From assembly GCF_001194135.2 (NCBI RefSeq), contig NC_068985.1, forward strand, positions 16,414,275-16,478,274: a DNA stretch of 64,000 bases, written 5' to 3'. Made by a program: the position numbers and the translations under genes. Shown here one piece after another: positions 1 through 12,520 of this stretch. The notes under the pieces are model-generated. The model had not been told where the DNA came from. It did no database searches and saw only the letters and a list, made by a program, of their open reading frames with translations. Each line of letters begins with the position of its first letter. Position 1 is the stretch's first letter. The DNA is from Octopus bimaculoides (taxonomy: Eukaryota).

Positions 1-177
1 AGTACATTTTATTTAAAAACTCTCAAATTGCTTCTAATTACTAGCCAGTAAATTTTTCCTACTGCTGACTGAAAAGGAAGTTTAAAGCGTATGTGTAACT
101 ACAGTAAACTATCAGCCCATTCAAAGAGTCAATACCATTTCTGAATAATCACTATATTGGTTGCTTATAGATATTAG

Positions 178-1115
178 ATGAACTGCTCAATCTTTAGAAA
201 AGGTGTAGGTAGAAACTCCATAAGATGTACCCAGTGTAAGCTATGGGCACATAAGAGGTACAGTAACATCAAAGAAAGATTAACTGGGACGATAGTTTTC
301 ATGTGCAGCAGATGCACAGGGGCAATAAACACTACAGATGCTCAGAAAACAGATTCCAACACATGCCAAGGGAAGAAACTAGAAGTAGTTGATAGCTTCT
401 GCTACCTAGGTGACCAAGTCTGTAGTGGGGGTGGATGCTCAGAGAGTGTTACCACTAGAATAAGAATAGTCTGGGCAAAGATCAGAAAGCTCCTACCTCT
501 ACTGGTGACAAAGGGCCTCTTTCTCAGAGTGAAAGATAGATTGTACAATGCATGTGTGTGAACTGCCATGCTTCATGGCAATGAAACATGGGCCATGACT
601 GCTGAAGACATGCGTAGGCTCGAAAAAAAATGAAGCTAGCATGACCTGCTGGATGTGTAATGTCAGTGTACACACATGACAGATTGTAAGCGCCCTGAGA
701 GAAATGTTGAACATAAGAAGCATCAGATGTGGTGTACAAGAGAGACGTTTGCATTGGTATGGCCATGTACTACGGATAGATGAGGAGATCTGTGTGAAGA
801 AGTGCCACTCTCAAACAGTGGAAGAAATCCAGGGTAGAGGGAGACCCAGGAAGACATGGGATGAGATGGTGAAGCATGACCTTCGAACGTTGGGCCTCAC
901 AGAGGCAATGACAAAAGACCAAGACCTCTGGAGATATGCTGTGATTAAGAAGACCCGACAAATAAAGTGAGTTCACAGCTGTAACCTACACCAGTGTTGC
1001 AAACCAGCCCACTCAAAAGTACCTTGGATCGTAGGGTGACATGCCATGCTTGAGGAGAACTATTGAGTCAAGTACATCAAAACCAAATGGAAATTGCAGT
1101 TGTGATCCCCATGCC
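178..1115 (+). mobile_element. 5'-truncated RTE-clade LINE (RT C-terminal region plus 3'UTR), frameshifted
   Basis: LEVVDSFCYLGD...SESVTTRIRIVWAK...RLYNACV*TAMLHGNETW and RRLHWYGHV...GRGRPRKTW motifs typical of RTE ORF ends. Confidence 0.9.
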
Positions 1116-1124
1116 AGTGGTCCC

Positions 1125-1250
1125 AGTTCATAACTGGTACTTATTTAATTGACCCCGAAAGGATGAAAAGCAAAGTCGACTTCGGCAGAATTTGAACACA
1201 GAACGTAGCAGTACACAAAATACTACTAAACATTTTGTTTTGCATGCTAA
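1125..1250 (-). repeat. tRNA-derived SINE fragment
   Basis: Reverse complement of the TTCAAATTC...GTCGACTTTGCxTTTCATCCTTTCGGGGTC core seen repeatedly in the window. Confidence 0.8.
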
Positions 1251-1487
1251 CGACTCTGCCAGCTCACTGCTTTGCATGCATGCAATAATATTGATCAAAT
1301 GTAAAAAACTCCTTGCAGTTCATTCAAGCTTTAAATATTGTTGTTTTCTTCCCATAAGAGCACTGTGTTTGAAGGTTCAAGATTCATTAATCTACATTCT
1401 AGACTTTTTGAATGAAATACAAAATTCACCCCTTTTAATTCAGAGATAATACAGATTGATAAAATGGTAATGTAGGAAATAACTTAC

Positions 1488-1538
1488 CAGAAGATGTTCT
1501 GCTGGCACACCTGCGGGTTATCTTGATCCAACCATTCC
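1488..1538 (-). CDS. Ly6/three-finger gene A, coding exon 3 (terminal exon(s) not found in window)
   Basis: Acceptor TTCTCTCTCAAG|, donor |GTAAGT, 51 nt, phase 1/1: (W)NGWIKITRRCASRTSS(G). Continues exon 2 in frame and supplies the RRCA motif (6th LU cysteine). Confidence 0.88.
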
Positions 1539-1654
1539 CTTGAGAGAGAAAGAGGTTCTTAGATTAAAATGTGTCAGATGAGAAATATTTTAAAATTACC
1601 GTCTTAATACTGAAAAGAATCTTTATTGCATGAAGACAGAGCATAAAATAGAAA

Positions 1655-1935
1655 AGGACATGGTTTAATGCTTAGGGTGTTCAGCCTGCAATCACAGGTC
1701 ATGAGTTTGATTCCTGACAGCATGTTGTGTCCTTGAGCAAGACACTTTATCACTTATTGCTACAGTCAACTCAGCTGGTAAAAATGAGTTGTACCTGTAC
1801 TTCAAAGGACCATCCTTGTCCTGCTGAATCTCCCTGAGAGCTATGTTAAGGATATATGTGTCTGTGAGGTGGTCAGCCACTTTCATGTTCATTTCATGAG
1901 CAGGCTATTTTAGTTGATCATAATTGATGGAGAGT
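1655..1935 (+). repeat. tRNA-derived SINE with CORE-like domain
   Basis: tRNA-like head followed by TGTGTCCTTGAGCAAGACACTT...ACTCAGCTGG, CORE-SINE-like. Related copy at about 33870-34090. Confidence 0.7.
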
Positions 1936-3342
1936 CAGGCCAGTGCATCTACAACTGATAACATTAAGTAATTTAAACAGTATGTCTTGCAAACAACTCG
2001 CACATGCAAGTGCTACCAGTCGAGAACTCCACATACCGGAAACCAGCAAGTGTATGGGGTCATCAGGAGAGAATGCGAGCCGTTTTGGGGCCTACCTCTC
2101 GATGGCATCAATGCGCACCGGCCCCTCCCCCCCTCACTTATATGAGGCCTCCGCTTGCTAGATCAACTGGTTATTAAAAACAAAGCTCAATATTTCTCTA
2201 GCCATTGCTCATCGTCTCTTTTTAACCAAATCCAGTGGCTAGCCTATTGCTGAATTTATCTTTAACTGTGGAGGGAACCTGTGGAAGAGGTAGACTCCGG
2301 AAGACATTGGATGAAGTGGTGAAGCATGATCTTCAATTTATTGGGTCTTATGGAGGTGAAAACAAATGATCGAGACCTTGGTGGTTTGCTGTGCTTGAGA
2401 AGACCCGTCAAGCCAAGTGAAATTATAGTTGTGGTCAGTGCCAGTGACACGTAACAGGCACCCATGCTGGTGACACGTAAGCAGGAACATGTGCCGGTGA
2501 TATATAAAAGGTATCTATGCTGGTGGCTCATGAAAGGCACCCATGCCAGTGACAAGTAGAATGTTAAAACTTAGTACACATGCACAGCAGAGTTCAAGGT
2601 CAATCTGTGCCAAGCAGCTTCCCTCTGCATGCTTTAGCTTCGTTACTATGGCAACAGTCCGGATACTTATTGATCAGACCACGTATTCTATCAGCCTCTT
2701 TTGCCAAACCACTAAGTTACAGGGATATAAAAAAAGCCACAACACTTTTCAAATGATGTGTGATGACAAACAGTGACACAAAGACATTCAGACATACATA
2801 TATTCAGGCACAAACATATACATACACACATATATATGTATGTGTGTGTGTGTGATTTTTCAGAAATACAGCATTGAATGTTCCAAGTGCAGTTGAATGC
2901 TTAACCACAATGGATCAAGCACTAATGCATTCTATTACAGAGATAAAATGTCAAACTGTACACATAAGATACCATATTTGTGTGTGTATGTATATATGTG
3001 TGATGGAATTCCACATGGCTTCCATCTACCAAATAGTGTCATATAGTGAGATTGAACCCAAAACCACATGGTTGAGAAGCAAGCTTCTTAACTCAGCCAT
3101 GCCTGCACCTATGGTTAATAATTATATTTGAAGTTTTTTAAGTTCAGGTTAACTCCGATTAAGTAGAAATATCATGAAAATATTTCACCTGTAACCATTC
3201 CTTTTTTTTTTTTTTCCAAGACAATAAAATGTTAAATTCAAGGATATTTAATTACTATTTCTAGCAAGTCAAGTGACCTCATAGAGGCAACCTCAGCATG
3301 TAAAATTCATCTTTAAATACTTGGGTTATTCATTTTACTTAC

Positions 3343-3504
3343 ATCCAGGGCTTTGCTGGTACTTTTTCATGCAAAACTGCCCAGGTACATTTGCTTCAAA
3401 GCTGTTACAATCAATTAAACCATTAACTTTAGTATCAAATGACTCGGATGATGGACAAGAAATATCTTCATTGCTGTCACATTGGTAACACTGTATGGCA
3501 ATAC
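3343..3504 (-). CDS. Ly6/three-finger gene A, coding exon 2
   Basis: Acceptor TTTTGTTTTAG|, donor |GTAAGT, 162 nt, phase 1/1, open: (G)IAIQCYQCDSNEDISCPSSESFDTKVNGLIDCNSFEANVPGQFCMKKYQQSPG. LU-domain start xQCYxC. Confidence 0.93.
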
Positions 3505-4164
3505 CTAAAACAAAAGCAAATTAAATAAAAGCACATTAGCATCAATGATTCAATACAAAATTACAATTTCTATGAACAGAGAACAATAAAGCATTTTTGG
3601 GGGGTTTTTTTGGTTTTTTTAGATATTTCCCTCATATTTTATTCGTTTTTTTTTTTTCTCTCTTCATGAAATATTTTAATACAATACTGGTTTGAGAGAA
3701 AAGAAAGATGGCAACTCTTGAATAAATGTTCAAAGTGAAATTTCAACAATCCTTGAATTATATCATTCTTTAAATACTGTAATTTGTTTAGAAAATTTAC
3801 ATTCTTAATGTCTTAATCAAATACATTAGCATAGGTAGCATGATTTACAGTAAAGTTTAATTATTGTTCCTCTAGCATACTTTCACTTCATCATCATCAT
3901 CATCCTCTAACATCTACTTTCCTTGCTGACATGGGTTGGACGGTTTGACCAGAGCTGACATGCTGTACCAGGTTTCAGTCTGGTTTGGCTTGATTTCTAC
4001 AGCTAGATGCCCTTCTTAAGGCCAACCACTTTATAGTGTGTTTGTAATTATTTGTAATTCACTTTTACATCATCAGCACCCTCAGAATAAATAAATATAT
4101 GAACCCTGCCTGTGTCTCTTGCCTGAATTCATCATCATTACTATTTTAGAACTGCTTTCTATAA

Positions 4165-4395
4165 TGACATGGATTTGTTGCCAGTACCGCCTGACTGGCC
4201 TTCGTGCGGGTGACACGTAAAAGCACCCACTACACTCTCTGAGTGGTTGGCGTTAGGAAGGGCATCCAGCTGTAGAAACTCTGCCAAATCAGATTGGAGC
4301 CTGGTGTTGCCATCCGGTTTCACCAGTCCTCAGTCAAATCGTCCAACCCATGCTAGCATGGAAAGCGGACGTTAAACGATGATGATGATGATGAT
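4165..4395 (+). mobile_element. Young RTE-type 3' end with (GAT)n tail
   Basis: Ends GTTAAACGATGATGATG; near-identical to reverse-strand copies at 36393, 37318 and 53065. Confidence 0.85.
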
Positions 4396-6218
4396 AGTCA
4401 AATATCACAGTGTCACACCACTTGGTTATAGATCCTCACTATTGGACAAACAACAGAAATCTGTCAATTACTTGGCTGTATATGTCATGCTTTGACATGG
4501 TTTCCATGTGATATGGAAGAAAACATTGACCAATGGAAAGGAAACCAGTCTGTGAAAAACAGATAACTAGGAGGAGGATAGTATATAGTGCTCATTATTG
4601 ACTGAGTCAGATCTCATGGTACTAATTGCTAGTTGGGCAGATCAAAGGGGTCCCAATAGTGATCATCTTTTCTTTTTTCATACATACAGTGTATTCACAA
4701 TCAGGTTAACCTATTGATACTGATTTTCCAAGAATGTTAGACGTGGTTTGAGGTAGGACTGCCTTGATAACATTTATAGCCCCACCACCTGGACAATGTA
4801 CTACACTGGCGTCCCTAAACGCACAGCAACAGCATCCATTGGGTCCTCAATGACCCCAGGGAACTAACCATTTCACCCACGCTTTAAGATGGAACAGGTT
4901 TGAGAAAGATATGATTGTTATTTCTAGCAAGACAAGTGGACAGCGCAGAGGTCCAATGAGTTGCTGGTGAGCATTGTATTTGTTGTTGTGTAGCCTTAAA
5001 TCTGCTTTTTCATTTAGCAAACCTATGATCACAGGCGTTCCAATTGTGACAATCTCATTTTTATTTCAAGGTATAATGCATCAAAGAGTAACTTCAGTGT
5101 CATTTGATGGTGAAAGAGAAGTAGGGTGTGGTTTGAAGAATTTGTTCCCGTTTCTTATAAGTAACAACGTCAAGGTTCTCACGATGGCTCGTGTGTGTTA
5201 GATGAAATTCAATTGAACTAAGGGGATCTGGCTAAACAAGGGAAGTATTATCAATAGATGGGACATTCTTTATTGCTAGTGATTAAAACAATGTTTTTAA
5301 GGAGGTCGCTTTCATAAAAGCAAGAAGCAAGACACAACCTGTCATCTATTAACAATAAATGACAAATATATAATCGAAGAGACTTACGTGAAGAAATTTG
5401 AACGAGTTTTCTTTGCTATTCGCAGAATTCAGAAATATTTTTTTAAAAACTACTCGAATAATTATTACTTAATTTGATTTTAAATGTAGATATAAAACAG
5501 ACTGTTTGCAATCGAATAAAAACGTCATGACTTGGAGGTAGAAGTTAATCATTTTGAGTATGAACTAACACAACATAACACGCATTACGCAGACAATACA
5601 CTAGTTTTAGATAATTACTTAAATGTTTATTTATATTCTATAAACTAACAAATGCTATTTTCACTAATGAGTGATAATATATTTATCGAACACATTTTTA
5701 ATGAAAACTTCGATAACATAAGGATTTGTCAACTTCGATACGAAAATGGACACAAAGGCAAAATAATATTTTAATTAACTAAACATATTATTACATGAAT
5801 AAGATTTAAACAAGATTTAGTAGATCGTCTGAATTCTACAAAGACAACATCTGGAGAGGCTTGTCTGGTTTGGGTTTGGTTCCTAGGTAAGTTATTTGGA
5901 AAGTAATATAGGCCTAAACAAAATATTGTAATCCAATGTAACAGTTTAACAAAACCGAGAAATAAGCAAATTATAAATGTCGCAGGTGACAAAAATAATA
6001 TTAATACTAAATAATATATAAAGAAAAATATATTGGTATTTTAAATTACAAGATCAGAAACTAAGAAAAGGCAAGTTCAATAAACGTATTTACCGAAGAG
6101 GAAATGAACATTTTAGAAATAATACAAATAATTTTTGAATTTTATTAAACTGAAAATATTCGTCGATTGAAAATTGGAGTAGTTATTAAGGGAGAAAAAA
6201 ATGATGTAAACAACCTAC

Positions 6219-6264
6219 CTGAAGGTATAATTGCCAACAAAGTTAAAAGCAAAAGGCAATTCAT
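6219..6264 (-). CDS. Ly6/three-finger gene A, coding exon 1 (signal peptide MNCLLLLTLLAIIPS-G)
   Basis: ATG at 6264-6262, 15 mostly hydrophobic codons plus 1 nt, then donor G|GTAGGT at 6218. Phase 1 joins exon 2 to give ...IPSGIAIQCYQC. Confidence 0.85.
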
Positions 6265-6929
6265 ATCATAAGGTCCGTGTAAAATATGGCAGTGCGTAGT
6301 TGGAGTACCTGGCTACTGAGACCCCACCTTACCGACTTGACGTACACCAGGTAACAAGGTGATGACAATATTTAATGTAGATGATAAGTTTTTGAAATAG
6401 TTTTTAAAATGTAAATATTTACTTAAAATTATTTAATATGATATTATCAAAGAAATTATGCTTCAAAATTATAAATCACGTTTTGAAATAGTTTATTGTC
6501 ACAGCAGATATCGTGAATTATACGCATGCGCGGAGGAGTATCATTCAGGTGGACAGTCACCTGTTGATTAATTTTTTTTTTTTCAAGATTTAGTGTGTCA
6601 TTCGGTTAATCACAAACTACTTTGATATTGGTGTCTAATTCTTACTTTATTTACGACGAATACTATTAAAGTTTATATAATAAATACGATTCCGTTAATT
6701 ATTTTTTATCTGTTTTGTTGTATTCAAAAGAATGACACATCGTTTTACTATTTAACGGAAACGTCTAGAGAGGGTGTCAATACTTCATTTATTAGCACCG
6801 AGTGTTTACTAATATTATAATAATGATTTCTAACATACATATATAACTACAGACGATTAGGTAGACTTCAATATTTGACTTGTACTTATCGTATTGATTG
6901 CCGACTTATAAAAGGCAAAGTTTACCATT

Positions 6930-7910
6930 ACAGGACTTGAGGCGGAATAAAGTCCCACGAGACATTTTGTCAACATTCTAGCAGTCCACCATCGTTTACT
7001 AATATTATAACTGTTCAAATTCTGCCGAAGTCGACTTTGCTTTTCATCCTTTGGGGGTCGATAAAATAAGTACCAGGTGAGTACTGGGGTTGATGTAATT
7101 GACTTACCCTCCTCCAAAATTGCTGGCCTTGTGTCAAAATTTAAAACCAGTATGGTGGAGATAAAGAATATGCATACCACCCGTTTTCGGCGTAACCCTA
7201 ACCCTAAACCTAACGCTAACCCTAACCCTTAAGGCCGAAAACGGGTGGTGTGCGTATTTTTTACCTATTGTAATAATTGTTTAAATTCCGCCGAAGTCGA
7301 TATTGCCTTTGATCCTTTAGGGTTGATAAAATAAGTACCAGTTGAGCACCAGTTAACTCCCGCCCCTGAAATGGCTGCCCTTGTGCAAAAATTTGAAAGC
7401 AATGTTATAATAATAGTTTCTGATACAGGCACAAGGCCAGAAATGTAAGTGAGGGGACAGTCGATTATATCGACCTCGGTATTTGACTGGTACTTTATTT
7501 TATATACCTGTAAGGATGAAAGACAAAGTTGACCTTGGCGGAATTTGAACTCAACGTAAAGAGCCGGAAGAAATGCTGTTCAGTATTTTGTTCGACACAC
7601 TAACGATTCTTCCATCTCACCGCCTGTTATAATAATTCTTTCTACAAGTACAAGCCTTGAAATTTTGGAGGTGTTAGGATCTGGAAAAGAGGAGGGAGAG
7701 GAATGAATCGAGCAAGCTTGGTAGGAGATAAGTAGGCAATTCAGATAAGAGCCAATATAATAATAATTTCAAATTTTAGCACAAAGCCAACAATTTTAGG
7801 GGAAACGATAAGTCGATTACATCACCCCCATTGCTCAATTGGTACTTATTTTATCGACCCCGAAAGAATGACAGGTAAAGTCGGCCTCGGCAGAATTTTT
7901 ACTCAAAATC
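6930..7910. repeat. Cluster of tRNA-derived SINE fragments in both orientations
   Basis: Several copies of the GTCGACTTTGC...GATAAAATAAGTACCAG core or its reverse complement (about 7010, 7280, 7430-7625, 7790-7910). Confidence 0.75.
7169..7256. repeat. Hairpin with 23-bp arms and a (TAACCC)n-like telomeric loop
   Basis: TATGCATACCACCCGTTTTCGGC (7169-7191) pairs with GCCGAAAACGGGTGGTGTGCGTA (7234-7256) with 2 mismatches. The loop is degenerate TAACCC repeats. Confidence 0.9.
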
Positions 7911-8483
7911 ACTACTCTTATGCACTTGAGCCTTGTTGAAGATCAGTAACTGATTTAGGCTTTAAAATTTTACTGGTACTAAAGAAGCCTAATGTTTCTA
8001 TCGTAGCTTTAACAATGTTTTATATACATAGCCGTAACTAGTATTTCAAACGAAGAATTCTCAGTTTTTTAAATGGATCTTCCATTACAGTAGTGTAGAT
8101 GATGGAGCGAACGAGGCACTTTTAGGTCTACTGTATAAGTCTACCGGGCACTTTTAGGTCTACTGTATAAGTCTGTATAGACTTGGGGGCTCGGTGGGGG
8201 ACGAATATTTCAAAAGCTGCCCCGGGCGTTACATGCTAGTTATGCCACTGCACTATTAGCTATCTCATATGAGTTTGTATACACTTGTATGCGTAAATTA
8301 TACAGACAGTCCTAGCTGGCTGGGGGTTCGTCTGAACCTGTCGATATCCACCTTTTAGCTACGTATGTTATGCCACGTTACCTTAAAATGCAAAGTCTTC
8401 AAAGTTACTAGAAATGTTTGGTATAAAATTTAATCCTTGTTGTTCGTGCACAGAGTATATACAATACAAACCGTGATTTCTAC

Positions 8484-9310
8484 CAGCTGTCTCAGGAGTG
8501 GCCATGGGAACGAGAATGGGCCCCAACTATGCGAACCTGTTCGTTGGCTATGTTGAGGCACAAATATTCCTCAAGTTTCACTGGTCCTACTCCCGAACTA
8601 TATGGCCGTTATATTGACGACTGTATCGGTGCCACCTCACTCTCTCGCGAACATCTAGACTCGTTCCTCTCTTTTGTCAAATCTTTCCATCCTGCCCTCC
8701 ACTTCTCCTGCACTATCTCTGACNNNNNNNNNNNNNNNNNNNNNNNNNNNNNNNNNNNNNNNNNNNNNNNNNNNNNNNNNNNNNNNNNNNNNNNNNNNNN
8801 NNNNNNNNNNNNNNNNNNNNNNNNNNNNNNNNNNNNNNNNNNNNNNNNNNNNNNNNNNNNNNNNNNNNNNNNNNNNNNNNNNNNNNNNNNNNNNNNNNNN
8901 NNNNNNNNNNNNNNNNNNNNNNNNNNNNNNNNNNNNNNNNNNNNNNNNNNNNNNNNNNNNNNNNNNNNNNNNNNNNNNNNNNNNNNNNNNNNNNNNNNNN
9001 NNNNNNNNNNNNNNNNNNNNNNNNNNNNNNNNNNNNNCCCTTTTCCCCTCACTTACCATCCCACCATCCTACCTCTCCAACGCACCATTCTTCGAGCTTT
9101 CCGGCGCCTCCAGTCCGACCCCCTCCACCTCACACATCTTCCCTAACCGACCCCTCTCCTCCTTCAAACGAGCCCACAACCTACGAGACCTCTTGGCCCA
9201 CAGCTTCTTCCCCAACCCAACCTAGCTCGTTCCCTTGCTCCCGCCCACGTTGCCGCACTTGCCCTTACCTCTCCAACACCACCCTCCTCACCGGCACCCA
9301 TCATCGACCC
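8484..9310 (+). mobile_element. Penelope-like element reverse transcriptase fragment (gap inside)
   Basis: GVAMGTRMGPNYANLFVGYVE and RYIDDCIGA...FHPALHFS are PLE-type RT motifs; frameshifted. Confidence 0.85.
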
Positions 9311-9469
9311 TATAGAATAGAAACATGTAAAAACAAACGCATATAACATACGAAATACATGTAAGAAAATGTGCAAAGAGAAAATGCAGCAAAACAGTTT
9401 GTTAAATTGTATAGTTTGTTCAAAACAGGGTTGCAAACAGACTGTCCCACGTGATCCCATTTAGAGACT

Positions 9470-9625
9470 CCGACTAGTTATACACGGCAAGTTGACGTGA
9501 CAGAGTAAGAGACAAATTGCGCCAATATCAACCAATCAGAGTAGTGGACACAATGGGATCCAAATAGCGGCCAAAGGCTAGCTGTTCCCTGCTACGTTCG
9601 AATGCACGTATATATAATGAATGAG
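9470..9625 (-). mobile_element. LTR fragment, same family as 29290-30216
   Basis: CCAATCAGAGTAGTGGACA...GGCTAGCTGTT shared with 30128-30190. Confidence 0.65.
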
Positions 9626-9649
9626 AGAGAGAAATTTTATCCGAGTCTA

Positions 9650-10570
9650 CACTACAACACCTTTGTTTACCTTGGAAGCACACTGTCAAGAGATGGTGGT
9701 CTTGATGCAGAGATATACTATCGAATAAGGAAGGGAAGTATTGCATTTGGAAAGCTCGAAAAGCGAGTATGGGCGGATAAAGGTATTTTCCTGCGGACAA
9801 AAATCAGTGTCTATAAAGCGTGTGTATTGACTACACTTCTTTATTCAAATGAGACGTGGACTACTTACAAGCGTCATATAAAAATGCTGGAGAGATTTCA
9901 TCAAAAGTGCCTCAGATGTATCTTAGGAGTCAAGCGGGAATGTTTCATACCAGATACAGAAGTTTTGTGCATGATACGTTTTAGCTCAACTGAACAACGA
10001 GCAATTGCCAAAGCATCTTTTTTATGGTGGGCTCAACTCTGGTAAGCGATCACAACATAAGCCGTTAAAAAAGTATAAAGACTGTGTGAAGGAAAACCTG
10101 AAGAAACTAGATATGATGTTCTAGATCGGAACAAGTGGAGAGGTGCTGTTAGGACTGCTTGCTATGCCTAGGAGGAAAAGATGATTCAGCACTTCGAGCT
10201 TAAAAGGCCCTGTCGCAAAGGAACAATTGGAATTGTAATCAACAGTAAACATTGAATATGTATTATATGTGACTGTGTTCCGTTGTCAAAAGCAGGATAT
10301 ATTGAACCATATGAAGTCACATGAAAATCGAAATGCCCAGGCAGGTAATAATCTTGGACACTGACTGCCTTTTGCGATTTGCGTTTTATGTCACAAAACT
10401 TGTAAGACAATATCTGGACTTAAAAGACATATGCTAGTTCACAAAATCATTGTTTCAGTGTCAGATTCCAAAAGGCAAAGACATAGAAGAAACTTGAATA
10501 TTTGTCACTTGTATTTTAAACCCTGTCAGTCAGCAGCTGGTCTTAAAAGTCATCTGAGAGCTCATCAACA
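9650..10570 (+). mobile_element. RTE/BovB-like LINE 3' fragment
   Basis: FVYLGSTLS...IYYRIRKGSIAFGKL...TKISVYKACVLTTLLYSNETWTTY...LERFHQKCLRCIL; decays downstream. Confidence 0.9.
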
Positions 10571-10636
10571 GAGTGCCTGTACTGTGTGATGAGGTGTGGT
10601 GTTGAAATAGATATTGTTGTATGTAAACACGTGCAC

Positions 10637-10877
10637 TATATATTCGTTCTTCACTCGTTTATTACTGTGCTTATTCTAACTCATGTCCATTGTCCGGAAA
10701 TCTTTCGTCACACATCTGGGACCTCCTCAGCGACACAGAATAGAATAAGCAGAGCAGGAGCACACACGAAGATGGAAAATGTCACTGAGGAGGTCACAGA
10801 TGTGTGACGAAAGACTTCTGAACAATGAACAGGAGTTAGAATAAGCCCAGTATTAAACGAGTGAAGAACGAATATAC
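10637..10877. mobile_element. Fold-back MITE-like palindrome (family also at 57109-57335)
   Basis: TATATTCGTTCTTCACTCG pairs with CGAGTGAAGAACGAATATA; inner arms CTTTCGTCACACATCTG..GACCTCCTCAG / CTGAGGAGGTCACAGATGTGTGACGAAAG. Confidence 0.75.
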
Positions 10878-12004
10878 AGTGTGTTTATTTGGCAAAAAAA
10901 AATAATCATCCCGAAATACAGTGTGTGTGTGTGTGTGTGTGTATTTATCTACCTACATGTTCAAATACCTAAGTGGTTAAAGTTGGAGAGTTGTAATATC
11001 CACGTGAGAATATAAATCATCCAAATAGATTTATTCACATACTGTATAAAATAATAAACATATCACGAAGAAGGAAGGATTGGACATTGGGGTTAATGCG
11101 GGACCTGGATGGTTGAACGCAACAAGGGTGATAAGAGAAGAGACGAGTGGGTTCGGAATACCTAAGTGGAGATTGATACGAGCCTATTCAACTTGAAGAA
11201 GCAAAAGCTATTATAACATTCACCATAGATGAATAATCAGCGGTTTTGTACAACAGTCTCTATGTAGTCATTGAATGTGCTGGAAATAGAAGCCAAATAT
11301 CCTTCAACTCACACTCTACAGTCTTCACTATAACATGAACTGTAGATGAATAAGCAGCTGCCTTGTACAGTGAATTCTCTGTTAATGTCCACAAAGAAGT
11401 CTCTATGTATTCGTTCTACATACTAAAAATAGAAGACAAATTTCCCTCGGTTCTCACTATACTGTCTTCACCCAACGAAGGACATATTGGATACCGTAGT
11501 CCATTGCCTGAAAAAGATGGGATGGTCATGACTGGAATGCTGTTGATTATATTTCAGCTCCATCAAGGTCGATGTGCGGTTAAACGACAACACGAGTTTA
11601 TCTCTCGTTTCGTAATTTATACAGTAAATATTTACATTAAGCACTCAATTGAAGACGTATATTTATTTTATCTTTTGCTAATCTTTAATGAGGACTATAT
11701 TAGGTCATTGATTAGCCTTTTAGTCAATTGAAATGAACCTAGAAGTTAATCATGTATTCATTGTCTACATTTCAATTAACCGAGAGAGTTGCCTCCCCTG
11801 AGAGATCCCTTACCGAAAATTTATGACCACATTTAAGAACAATGGATTTTTATCTAGCAACTTATTGCTTATAGGAAGAAAAGATTAAAAAAAAGTCTAA
11901 GCATAAAAGGTTAAATTTTAGAGAGAAGAAAAACAGAATTACTCCAACAAGGAAGCAAAGAAAAAGAAAATGTGAGAGGGTTGAGCAACAAAAGATAGAG
12001 AGGG

Positions 12005-12520
12005 TTAACAGGTTGTACACTCCAACCCAAATGGTGTATGCAGCCGCTCCTCTCGGATATAATTGCGAAGGCGTTGCTGCGAAGAATGACCGACTCGCTG
12101 CAACAGCCGCCCTACCTCGCGAGGTTCGTTTTTCAGACAGACCGCTGTTATCCCGATTTTTCGGAGATAATCAACAGTGCGGGGTCCGAGAACACCTGAA
12201 CTCTGGACGACGACCGGCACAAACCGATAGCGGCCGGTCAAGTTCCTGTATTGGTATATCTTCCTCTCCTCTGTACTACGGTTGGTGATACTCGGGTTTG
12301 CAGCCGATGCGGCAAGATTGGGGTACAAAACGTGTCGCAGCACATAGCGTCCTAGATCAGGAATTTACCTCCTACGTACGGAAAGAGAGGTGTTCTGTCG
12401 GGGCACTTGCCATCTCCGAAATCAAGACCTACTGTTTCCAGTTGTGACAGAAAGTTGGTTGCATTGAGGCCCCCTACTCTGGGTAGCAAGTGCTTGATCT
12501 ACAGACGTCGCCAACGCTTC
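12005..12520 (-). mobile_element. Non-LTR retrotransposon C-terminal restriction-like endonuclease fragment (CRE/R2-type)
   Basis: LETVGLDFGDGKCPD...FPYVGGKFLI*DAMCCDT then EERKIYQY..L...YRFVPVVVQSSGVLGP, matching decayed RPDG...WD.T..DT / K..KY / F.P...E..G..G RLE motifs. Confidence 0.75.

Noticed and set aside
5771-5992. Hydrophobic ORF as signal exon for gene A
   Set aside because: Starts at TTG, has no suitable phase-1 donor; the 6264-6219 exon fits far better.
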